From Macrostomum lignano (taxonomy: Eukaryota), in the NCBI GenBank assembly GCA_002269645.1, contig NIVC01004070.1:1-61823 (forward strand): 61,823 nucleotides of DNA, read 5' to 3'. The translations under genes and the position numbers were made by a program. Within the stretch, counting starts at the first letter, position 1. Each line of letters opens with the position of its first letter. Below, piece by piece: positions 48,201 through 58,106 of the stretch. The notes under the pieces are model-generated. The model saw only the letters and a program-made list of their open reading frames with translations, was not told the origin of the DNA and did not search any database.

Positions 48201-51200
48201 ATATCTCTGCCGTAGAGCTGCAGAGGACGTATGTTCCAGCGTAGTCTGCTGGTAAACATAATGGCAACGGTTTTGGGCTCAGAGAGTTCCAGACCATTGT
48301 CATTGGCCCAGGATTCTGCTTTGCGGATAAAGCTCTGCATCAGATCCCTGAGCGTGCTGGGAGACGGTCCTGCCACAATGGCCGTGACGTCATCAGCATA
48401 CCCGACTTTGAAGACGGGGTCGGGTCGGGAGTCACTCAAAAGAGCGTCCATGACCAGGTTCCAGAGCGTCGGGGTGAGGACTCCGCCTTGGGGTCCACCC
48501 TTACAGACTCTGGTGGAGGCAGTTTGCCCAAGAAGTTGGGCAGTGACCGTACGGTTGGAGATCATGTACATGATCCACCGTATGAGGGTAGCATGAGCTT
48601 TGCGATTTTGAAGGGCCCTCTGAAACGCTTCAAAGATAACGTTGTCGAAGGCGCCAACAATGTCAAGAAAGAGAGCCAGAGCGTAACCGTCACCCAGTAC
48701 CGCCCTTTCAATCTTCTCGACAATCGCATGCAAGGCGCTGTCAGTCGACCTCCCGGTACGGAAGGCGTGCTGATTATTGCTGAGGGGCATCGCTGTCAGC
48801 TCGCAGGACAGCAGCCGCCAGAGAATAAGCCTCTCAGTGAGCTTAAGCATTGCTGACGTTAAGCTAATAGGCCGGAAGGCCTTGACGCTTTGGTAGTCGC
48901 CCTTCCCAGGTTTGGGAATAAAGACTACCCGAGCTTCAGTCCAGCATTTGGGAACGTATCCCAGCTGGATAGAGGCCCGCATAAGATTGCGGGTGAGTCT
49001 CAGGAACGAGGGTATCTTGGCTGCTTCACGAAGGAGAACAGGGTAGATACCATCAGGTCCAGGAGATTTGAAGGGTTTGAAGGTTCTGACCGCACGAGCG
49101 ATTAGGTCTTCAGTGACAATGCCCGCCGATAGGGTGGCTCCATCCATCGAATGGTTGGGCTCCGGTCTAGCAGTAGGTACCCTCGGGAAGAATGTGCTAA
49201 GCATATGCTGAAGCACTTCTTCAGGGTCTTTAGTAAGAGAGCCATCATCTTTTTTGATCATGGCTAATTTGGACATTTTGTCCATTGTAAGGGCCTTGAC
49301 AAGCCTAGAAGTAGGTCTGTCTTGATCCAATTCATTGCAGAATTGGCGCCACTTACATTCCTTGGCCTTGCGCACTTCAGATTTGAAATTGCGGGAGGCT
49401 TGCCGGAAAAGCTCCATGTCCTCCGGGTTTCCGGTCTTCATGGCACGGCGATGAAGGCTTTTGGCCTTCCGCCTGAGTTTCCCCAGCTCCGGGTTCCACC
49501 ACGGCGCCGAGGTCTTGCCTTTGTAGGCGCGAGCAGGACAAGCCGCTTCGTAGGCTTCAATAATGCAACCTGTCAGCGTCTCAGCCATATGATCCACATC
49601 CTCGCAGGTCTCAATCGGACGTAAGTCCGTGAGTTCCTGCAGGTACAGATCAAGGGCAGCCTTGTAGGCCGCCCAATCAGTGTTGCGGATATTGCGTCTC
49701 CAAGTGATCGGAGACTGGGTTTTAGTGTCCGCGATGTTAAAGGCGATAAAGCAGTGGTCAGACAGGGAGGGCTCCTCAGACCAGACTCTCCACTCCTCAA
49801 CTCTGTCAAAGAGTCTTGGGGTAACGAGTGTGGCGTCGAGGACCTCGGTCCATCTGCTATTATTAAAGGTAGGAGTGCTGCCGCGGTTGCAGAGCATGAG
49901 GTTTGTGTTAGAGATGAGGGCCAGAAGCTCCTCTCCTCTAGTGTTGGTATCTTTACTGCCCCAGTGCTTGTGGTGCGCGTTGAGGTCGCCCCCTAAGCAC
50001 AGCTCAGCGTTCTGGGACTCGCAGTACTGCGCGAGGCGCAGTAAACTCTCAGGAGCAGGGTCTCTGTCGCCTGGGATATAAACCGAGGCAACAAGACACG
50101 TACGCGGAGAGAAATGATTAGATTGGATGACGCAAAGGTCTCCATCAGAGAGATCAGTCCTCAGCCAAGCCTGGAGATGGCTAGCAGCGAGGATAGCCGC
50201 TCTAGGGCGACTGTTCCCCGGGCCACACACATAAAAATCAGAGTAGCCAGAGGGAATGTTGGGCAACTTACCGTTGCGCATCCAGGGTTCCTGGATCAGG
50301 ATGAGGCCTGGCCTGTACAGCTCAGCAATCTTCATCAGATTTACTGACGCAGATACGCAATGCTGTAAATTAATTTGCAGACAGAATGTCGCTCCTTTGG
50401 CAGCGTGGAGCTTAGTCATACTGTATTAAATGCAATTTCTGGCTAGAGCCCAGGGCCATCAAGGAGACTTGGACAACAGATCGTCCTCGTCCCAGGCCGC
50501 TGGGGCTTGACTGGGAGATGGGAGTTGGTCGACGTCCATGGCCTCCTCACCCCCACCGGCCCCCCCAGCAGAGTCCTCAGGCTCCGATGACAGGATGGAG
50601 GAAGCTTCCTCACCTGCATCTTTACCTTCAGACCCCACCAGGGTGGCCGAGGAGAGCTCGGATTCCGAAGACCCGGCCTCGTCCTCAACTCCTTCTCCGA
50701 CTGGCAGGTTTGGTTCCCGGGGCTTGGCCGGAGCCGTTACCGCGGTCGCCGAACTGCTGCTAGCAGAGGGGCGAGACGCAGCTTTGGCTTTGGGATCGGC
50801 TTGCGCCTTTCCTTGGGCCTTAGACTGCGCCCCGCTCTTGCCGGAGATGCCGGGGTTGGCAGTAGCCTTCCCTTTGGCAGACTTTCCTCGGCGCATCTTG
50901 AGCTTGAGGGCACCCAGCTGGAAAGAGGATCCATTAGGGTACCGACTCGCCCAAGTGCTGGAAAGGCCGAGGACAATTGAGTTGCCCGTCTCCCCCCTGC
51001 GGACTTTGCGGTGATACACCAGTCCACTAGCAGGGAGGTCGGGGTTCAGACGCAGTAGGACCCGGCGAATAACGTCTGGTCCAGCTGCGGTGCTCTTAGC
51101 AGGGACGAAAACCACATAGGGTATCGTCTTTGGACGCTGGCCCTCGCGAAGAAAAAGAGCTCCGCCAAGGTCAGCATCCAAGGAGACCGTCGGTAGCCGC

Positions 51201-54200
51201 TGGAGCAGCTGCCGAGCGTCCTCCTCGCTGCTAGGAGCAATAAGAACGAATGTGCTTCGCAGCACCATCCGCTCAATGCCGATGGAGATTCCCTCCTCGA
51301 CAGTCAGCTCAATCAGATAGGAGTCAACAGCACTCCACACTTTTTGAAGCTGATCAGTGGTCCAGTCCTGGTCGCGACCTTGGATGATCACTCCCGGGAT
51401 TTTGGCCTTGGCCTTCGCCGCAAAGGTAGCTCCCGAAGGAACCTCCTTGTTGGCAGTGGCCATTTGTTGCGCCGTGGTTTCGGCCTCAGCAGCCGCAGCA
51501 GCATCTCCAGGGAGCGCCGCCGCTGAACTACCGGAGCTTCCACCGGCCGGCCCGTCTGGTTGCCTTGGGACGCCAGTCGCTTCAGCATCCATGGTGGACG
51601 CCGCCGCTTTGGCCCCCGCAGCTCCCTTCTTGGCCTGCCTTTTGGCGCGTTGTTTAGCGCGTTTGCGCTCAAGCCGAGCCCGCTGAGCTTCGTCAGATCT
51701 GCCAGATTTGGCCGGTCCTTTAGGCTCAGAGCTCGCGGTTCCCTTAGATCCACCAGCGGAGCTGGCAGGTCTTTGGGTATTTTGAGTTTGGTAGCTCTGG
51801 TCGGATCTGCCAGCAGAGCCAGCCGGTCCTTCTTTTGCCACAGTTGAATCAGTCGGTTGGGATCTGCCAGCAGGGCCGGCCGGTCCTTCGGACTGAGGTT
51901 GGGGTTTAGAAGGGTCCCCGTCCCTAGAAATAGCTTGTTTATCCATAGACGGCTCGAAGGCCATGATAGAAGGTTGGTGGGCTACCCTCAAAGGGGCGCG
52001 GTACCCACCCGGCCGCTCCACCTAACCGGGCAGTAGGCCAATAGCACCCTCAAGGCTGGCCCGACACCAGGAGGGGGACCGCTTGCGACCGGACTACTCC
52101 CCGGCCTTCCAGCCCATCGGCACGGTCAACACCTTAGGCATTAGAGAGTACGTTGAGCAGTACCACGGCCTGCAGGTTGGCGAGCCAGACCCGCATACCC
52201 AAATTCGGCCGAAGCCACTGGATAGGGTCGCCAGCGCCGGAGCCCAGTCTGTCCAGCAGCCCTAGGGACTGCCTTGAACACACGCGGGGACGAGTACCCT
52301 GGGTCGACTTGCGAGACAGCGTGGGGGGGTCTGCGGCTGCCAGAGGCAAATAGAGGGTGCAGACCTCCCACCAGCCTTGACCTGCTGAAGATAGGGGCAG
52401 GCGTGAAGCATCGCAGACCTTAGCCCATGGGCCTAGTCTGTCTCATACTTCACTGGCATGCTGAATACGCCTTCGCGTGCTCTGGGGGTATTAGTCCTGC
52501 CTTGAGATCTGGGGTATTAGATCTGCCTTGTGCAGTGGGGTCTTAGACCTGCCTTGTGCTTTGGGGGTATTAGACCTGCCTTGTGCTCTGGGGGTATTAG
52601 ACCTGCCTTGTGCTCTGGGGTATTAGACCTGCCTTGTGCTCTGGGGGTATTAGACCTGCCTTGTGCTCTGGGGGTATTAGACCTGCCTTGTGCTCTGGGG
52701 GTATTAGACCTGCCTTGTGCTTTGGGGGTATTAGACCTGCCTTGTGCTCTGGGGGTATTAGACCTGCCTTGTGCTCTGGGGGTATTAGACCTGCCTTGTG
52801 CTCTGGGGGTATTAGACCTGCCTTGTGCTCTGGGGGTATTAGATCTGCCTTGTGCTTTGGGGGTATTAGACCTGCCTTGTGCTCTGGGGGTATTAGACCT
52901 GCCCTGTGCTCTGGGGGTATTAGACCTGCCCTGTGCTCTGGGGGTCATAGACGTGTTCGCCTCCCTCTTTGCAGTCTTCAGCGCGCCAACCCTGGGCATT
53001 TACTCCATCGTGTTCCTGAAGCTGTGGTCCTACCGGGACATGAACTCCTGGTGCCGTCTGGAGCGCCAACTGCAGCTCAACAAGCGCTCAGAGCTCAAGC
53101 GGAACAAGAGCATCGCCTCCGTGCTCACGGAGGCTGGGGCCGACGGGGACGGCGGCAGCGAGCGGCTGCGGCTGGCCAGGGGGTCCTCCAGCCGGTCCTC
53201 CCTGCTGTGCTACCCGGAGAACCTGACTCTGGGCAACCTGTACTACTTCATGATGACGCCGACTCTCTGCTATGAGCTCAACTTTCCCAGGCTGATGCGA
53301 ATTCGGAAGCGATTCTTGGTCAAGCGATGTCTGGAACTCGTGTTCCTGCCGCAGGTAAGCCGGGCAGCAGGTGTCAGCAATGCAGTGTCAGACCACATAA
53401 GTCACTCAGTCGCGCAATGTCAGATCAAATGAGTCAGTGTCACTCAGTGTCAGTCAAGTCAGGCACAATTCTGCAGTCGCTTTCGTAGTGTCAGATTAAA
53501 TCAGATGAGTCAGGCACAGCTATGCGCAGTCAGATCAGATGAGTCAGGCACAGCTATGCAGTCAGATCAGATGAGTCAGGCACAGCTATGCAGTCAGATC
53601 AGATGAGTCAGGCACAGCTATGCAGTCAGATCAGATGAGTCAGGCACAGCTATGCAGTCAGATCAGATGAGTCAGGCACAGCTATGCAGTCAGATCAGAT
53701 GAGTCAGTCACAGCTATGCAGTCAGATCAGATGAGTCAGGCACAGCTATGCAGTCAGATCAGATGAGTCAGGCACAGCTATGCAGTCAGATCAGATGCCA
53801 GTCACGCAGTGTCAGCAGTCCAGCTACGCCTCGCATCCGCAGGTGATGGCGGGCCTGACGCAGCAGTGGATCATTCCGATCCTGAACAACTCCGTGAAGC
53901 CGCTGCAGGCCTCGGAATGGCCGGTGGTGCTGGAGCGGCTGCTGAAGCTGGCCATCCCCAACCACCTCATCTGGCTGATCTTCTTCTACGTGTTCTTCCA
54001 CTCCGCGCTGAACGTGGCCGGGGAGCTGACGCTGTTCGGCGACCGCAACTTCTACAAGGACTGGTGGAACAGCGAGAGCGTCACCGAGTTCTGGACGCTC
54101 TGGAATGTGCCCGTTCACCGCTTTGCCAAGCGGCACATCTTCACTCCGCTGATCCACCGCTGGGGCTTCAACAAGCTGCTGGCCTCTGTTGTGGTCTTCG

Positions 54201-55007
54201 CCGTGTCCGCCTTCTTCCACGAGCTGCTGGTATCCGTGCCGCTGCGCATGTTCCGGCTCTGGGCTTTCCTGGCCATGATTATGCAGGTGCGCGGGACAGG
54301 GCTGATCCCTGTGCTGGTCCCAATGTGCTGGTCCCACCGATCCCACCGCTGGTCCCAGTGTACTAGTCTCACTGATCCCTGTGCTGGTCCCAGTGTACTA
54401 GTCCCACCGATCCCACTGCTGGTCCCAGTGTACAAGTCCCACTGATCCCTGTATTGGTCCAAGTGTGCTGGTCCCAGTGTGCTGGTCCCAGTGTGCTGGT
54501 CCCAGTGTGCTGGTCCCAGTGTGCTGGTCCCAGTGTGCTGGTCCCAGTGTGCTGGTCCCAGTGTGCTGGTCCCAGTGTGCTGGTCCCAGTGTGCTGGTCC
54601 CAGTGTGCTGGTCCCAGTGTGCTGGTCCCAGTGTGCTGGTCCCAGTGTGCTGGTCTGGTCCCAGTGTGCTGGTCCCAGTGTGCTGGTCCCAGTGTGCTGG
54701 TCCTACTGATCTCAGTTCTGATCCCAGTGTGCTGGTCCCAGTGTACTAGTCCCACCGATCCCACTGCTGGTCACTCCTGCAGATGGGCAGCTGAGCAGGT
54801 CACTCCTGCAGATGGGCAGCTGAGCAGGTCACTCCCCACCCGCAGGTTCCGTTCGCCATGTTCGTCAGTCGGGTTCTCCGAGGCGGTCAGCTCGGCAACA
54901 TGGCGGTGTGGCTCAGCCTCATCATCGGACAGCCTCTCGCCATCATCATGTACTTTCACGACTACTACGTGAGCCTGCACCAGGGCAAGGCTGAGGGTGC
55001 TGTGTGA
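45271..55007 (+). CDS. DGAT1: Diacylglycerol O-acyltransferase 1 (MBOAT), 517 aa; exons 45271-45467, 46000-46370, 52975-53354, 53843-54286, 54846-55007
   Basis: SPFSSSSGFNNFRGLLNL, FLKLWSYRDMNSWCR, YPENLTLGNLYYF..PTLCYELNFPR, FGDRNFYKDWWN, SAFFHE, GQPLAIIMYFHDYY. All five exons join in frame through GT-AG introns. Confidence 0.95.
45533..45970. repeat. 21-bp minisatellite filling DGAT1 intron 1
   Basis: Unit GGATATAGAATCGGTCAGATT, about 20 copies. Confidence 0.95.
46385..46580. repeat. 27-bp minisatellite of DGAT1 intron 2, left part (split by the LINE)
   Basis: Unit GGTATTAGACCTGCCTTGTGCTCTGGG. Confidence 0.9.
46680..50419 (-). CDS. LINE ORF2 (AP endonuclease - reverse transcriptase - RNase H - CCHC finger), interrupted by one TAG at 47609-47611 and a frameshift near 47045
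   Basis: LQINLQHC, LIQEPW, GGDLNAHH, SDH (APE); SPGPDG, FRPISL, LDIVGAFD, PQGGVLTP, YADD (RT); after the stop CYTDGSK...EVLAI...SDSQAAL (RNase H); CSFC-x8-H-x4-C. Confidence 0.93.
50459..51964 (-). CDS. LINE ORF1 (gag-like), low-complexity termini
   Basis: Long open frame directly upstream of ORF2 (39-nt gap). First ATG at 51964, basic RKRAKQRAKRQAKK stretch, acidic tail; no clear zinc knuckle. Confidence 0.8.
   Translation of the reverse strand: MAFEPSMDKQAISRDGDPSKPQPQSEGPAGPAGRSQPTDSTVAKEGPAGSAGRSDQSYQTQNTQRPASSAGGSKGTASSEPKGPAKSGRSDEAQRARLERKRAKQRAKRQAKKGAAGAKAAASTMDAEATGVPRQPDGPAGGSSGSSAAALPGDAAAAAEAETTAQQMATANKEVPSGATFAAKAKAKIPGVIIQGRDQDWTTDQLQKVWSAVDSYLIELTVEEGISIGIERMVLRSTFVLIAPSSEEDARQLLQRLPTVSLDADLGGALFLREGQRPKTIPYVVFVPAKSTAAGPDVIRRVLLRLNPDLPASGLVYHRKVRRGETGNSIVLGLSSTWASRYPNGSSFQLGALKLKMRRGKSAKGKATANPGISGKSGAQSKAQGKAQADPKAKAASRPSASSSSATAVTAPAKPREPNLPVGEGVEDEAGSSESELSSATLVGSEGKDAGEEASSILSSEPEDSAGGAGGGEEAMDVDQLPSPSQAPAAWDEDDLLSKSP
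52477..52950. repeat. 27-bp minisatellite of DGAT1 intron 2, right part
   Basis: Same unit as 46385-46580, about 17 copies. Confidence 0.95.
53495..53795. repeat. 32-bp minisatellite in DGAT1 intron 3
   Basis: Unit CAGTCAGATCAGATGAGTCAGGCACAGCTATG, about 9 copies. Confidence 0.95.
54305..54775. repeat. 14-bp minisatellite in DGAT1 intron 4
   Basis: Unit GTGTGCTGGTCCCA with degenerate edges. Confidence 0.95.
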
Positions 55008-55710
55008 GGCACCGGCGCAGCTCATCTGGAGTCTCGTCTGCAAACTCTGGAACTTTTTATTGAAGCAGAAATTTGTCTAATAGGTACCTTGCTACTCTGC
55101 GCTGCATGCTAAGTACTTAACTATTTCAGATTAGATATGCAAGCTTTCTGTTAGTGTTTAGCAAGTTTCACTAGAATCAGTGAGCCCGCACTTATTGAGC
55201 AGCTTTATTGTCCGATCTAATTCTGATTCATTATTTGTTTGAAGCAGCCGTTTTTCTCTTTCTAATTGTGACAATTTTTCTCAACCGAGTCCCGCGGACC
55301 TTTGCTTGTGCCCTGCGCAGCCCTTGCTGCAGTTGTTGCCCAGCGCGCCCACTGATGCAGCGGGCTCGCACTGCATTGACAATTGCACGCTGTGCTGGGA
55401 CCTATTGGGACTTCTGTGTTGAGGCTGGTTGACTTTGCGGTCCGACTGCTGCAACTGGCACTGCTATCTGTACTCAATCTAATCAAATAAACTGTCCGAT
55501 CGCTGTCTTGTTATTTTTCCTCGCGATTCGAAACTCACTGGGCTGTTTTTTGCCGCTGCCTTGTAAATCATTTTGGTGCGGCAGGTGGTTTTTGGCTCGG
55601 GTTCAGCTTGCTTCCTCAGCTCTGAGTTACTTCTGTTTAAAAACCCTGGGCACCGCGTTATCCATTGACTGTGCAGTCTAAGTAGGATCTGGCACTTCTG
55701 TGCGAGCAAC

Positions 55711-56532
55711 ACCCCATAGTGGGATCAGCACCTCATAGTGGGATCAGCACCTCATAGTTGGGATCAGCACCTCATAGTGGGATCAGCATCCATAGTGGGA
55801 TCAGCACCCCATAGTGGGATCAGCATCCCATAGTGGGATCAGCACCCCATAGTGGGATCAGCACCCCATAGTGGGATCAGCACCCCATAGTGGGATCAGC
55901 ACCTCATAGTGGGATCAGCATCCCATAGTGGGATCAGCACCACATAGTGGGATCAGCACCCCATAGTGGGATCAGCATCCCATAGTGGGATCAGCACCCC
56001 ATAGTGGGATCAGCATCCCATAGTGGGATCAGCACCCCATAGTGGGATCAGCACCCCATAGTGGGATCAGCATCCCATAGTGGGATCAGCACCTCATAGT
56101 TGGGATCAGCACCTCATAGTGGGATCAGCACCCCATAGTGGGATCAGCACCCCATAGTGGGATCAGCATCCCATAGTGGGATCAGCACCCCATAGTGGGA
56201 TCAGCACCCCATAGTGGGATCAGCACCCCATAGTGGGATCAGCATCCCATAGTGGGATCAGCATCCCATAGTGGGATCAGCACCCCATAGTGGGATCAGC
56301 ACCCCATAGTGGGATCAGCATCCCATAGTGGGATCAGCACCCCATAGTGGGATCAGCATCCCATAGTGGGATCAGCACCTCATAGTGGGATCAGCATCCC
56401 ATAGTGGGATCAGCATCCCATAGTGGGATCAGCACCCCATAGTGGGATCAGCATCCCATAGTGGGATCAGCACCTCATAGTGGGATCAGCATCCCATAGT
56501 GGGATCAGCACCCCATAGTGGGATCAGCACCC
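55711..56532. repeat. 19-bp minisatellite between DGAT1 and MRPL46
   Basis: Unit CCCCATAGTGGGATCAGCA, about 43 copies. Confidence 0.97.
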
Positions 56533-56565
56533 AGGATCTGCATCCCAGTCCCCCGCCATCCGCAG

Positions 56566-57840
56566 GCTACATCAGCCGCTGTGGCTGCCCTGTGGCGATC
56601 GGGCTCAGCCGCCACTCCGGCCTCACCCGGTCTGGCCGGCTGCTCAGCGTTGGCCTGCTCATCCAGCGCAAAGCTGTGCTCACGCCTGACCTCACTGAAC
56701 TGGAGACTCGAGCCTCGGACCTCTTCACCCGGCTGGACTTTGAGCGCAGCCGCCTGTCCGACTTTGAGCTGCGCGACCGCGCCGAGTCGGAGGCAGCCAA
56801 GCGGAGCCTCAGCGCAGCCGCGGAGGGCAAAGTCCAGGTGGCCAGGGACGGCGCCGTAATTACCGCCAAGGACCTGATGCAGCGGTGGGCTGCTGAGCAA
56901 CAGGCAGTCACTCTGGCCTCCAGGTGTGCTGTCGGTTTCACTTAATGCTTTAATTGTATTGCATAGCCACTCTCGCTACTCACAGTAGCTGTTTGCACAG
57001 CTAGGTCAGCTGCAGTCCGTCCTCACTACTCACAGTATCAAATAGCTGTTTGCACAGCTAGGTCAGCTGCAGTCCGCTCTCACTACTCACAGTAGCTGTT
57101 TGCACAGCTAGGTCAGCTGCAGTCCGCTCTCACTACTCACAGTAGCTGTTTGCTCAGCTAGGTCAGCTGCAGTCCGCTCTCACTACTCACAGTAGCTGTT
57201 TGCACAGCTAGGTCAGTTGCAGTCCGCTCTCACTACTCACAGTAGCTGTTTGCACAGCTAGGTCAGCTGCAGTCCGCTCTCACTACTCACAGTAGCTGTT
57301 TGCACAGCTAGGTCAGCTGCAGTCCGCTCTCACTACTCACAGTAGCTGTTTGCACAGCTAGGTCAGTTGCAGTCCGCTCTCACTACTCACAGTAGCTGTT
57401 TGCACAGCTAGGTCAGCTGCAGTCCGCTCTCACTACTCACAGTAGCTACTCCGCATTCTCTCCACCACAGGGAGGCCGCCGACCCCAGCCTGAAGCGGCC
57501 AGCCGTGCTGCTCAGCACGGATGCTGACCTCTGCCTCCCCTGCTGCCCAGTTGTTGACGGCGACGCCAGCCTTCGAGCCGCCTGCGACCGCCTACTGGAG
57601 CTGATGGGGCTGACCGCCAGCTGCCGGTTGCTAGGCAACGCGCCAGTCGGCCTGCACACGTACAAGTACAAGAAATCCCCAGTTTCCCTGTTCCTGCACC
57701 GGGCCATCTTCACCGGTGCCGACTGGCGCAGCGCGGAGGCCTCGGGCAGCTGGAAGTGGGTGGACGCGGACTCGCTGCCCGGCCGCGTCCCGGACAGGCG
57801 GCTGCTGAAGAAGCTGCGGCTGCTGGCTGCCGAGTTTTGA
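56566..57840 (+). CDS. MRPL46: Mitochondrial ribosomal protein L46; exons 56566-56923 and 57471-57840; no genomic start codon found
   Basis: RLLSVGLLIQRKAVLTPDLTELE...FERSRLSDFELR and LLGNAPVGLHTYKY recall the MRPL46 segments WRLL.ALCLQR...ERSLYSDHELR and FLGNAPCGHY.FKF. The phase-2 intron AG|GT..CAG|G is in frame. Confidence 0.82.
56972..57448. repeat. 50-bp minisatellite filling the MRPL46 intron, about 9.5 copies
   Basis: Unit CACAGTAGCTGTTTGCACAGCTAGGTCAGCTGCAGTCCGCTCTCACTACT. Confidence 0.95.
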
Positions 57841-58106
57841 CTTTTAATTTGTAGCTTCACTGGCAGCAGCCCAGTTACTTTGTAGCCTAATGTGTTATCA
57901 TTGATTGCTAGCTTTTTCTACCCATAAAATGCACCCTACACTGCATTTTCTGCGTGCAGACCTTTGCTGCTAGAACAATTTTCTGTTGTTTCGCTTTTTA
58001 TTTTTTGTTCTTGTTAATTTTCTGCTTTTTGTTCTTAGAATTTAACTTCAATAACTTTTACTCCCTACTAGCAGTAGTCTGTTCGATCGCTCCGCAGCCT
58101 CTTCCT

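Larger units (their letters stand above)
46581..52476 (-). mobile_element. Near full-length non-LTR retrotransposon (R1/LOA-like with RNase H), 5896 bp, antisense in DGAT1 intron 2
   Basis: ORF1 + ORF2 (APE, RT, RNase H, CCHC). The candidate 16-bp TSD GTGCTCTGGGGGTATT lies at 46565-46580 and 52477-52492. The 3' tail has short AAGTCA/AAGT repeats. Confidence 0.92.

Noticed and set aside
52951-52974. Alternative DGAT1 exon 3 acceptor at GTCATAG (52950)
   Set aside because: It is in frame but adds 8 aa. The acceptor at 52974 has a polypyrimidine tract and gives the expected spacing to FLKLWSY.
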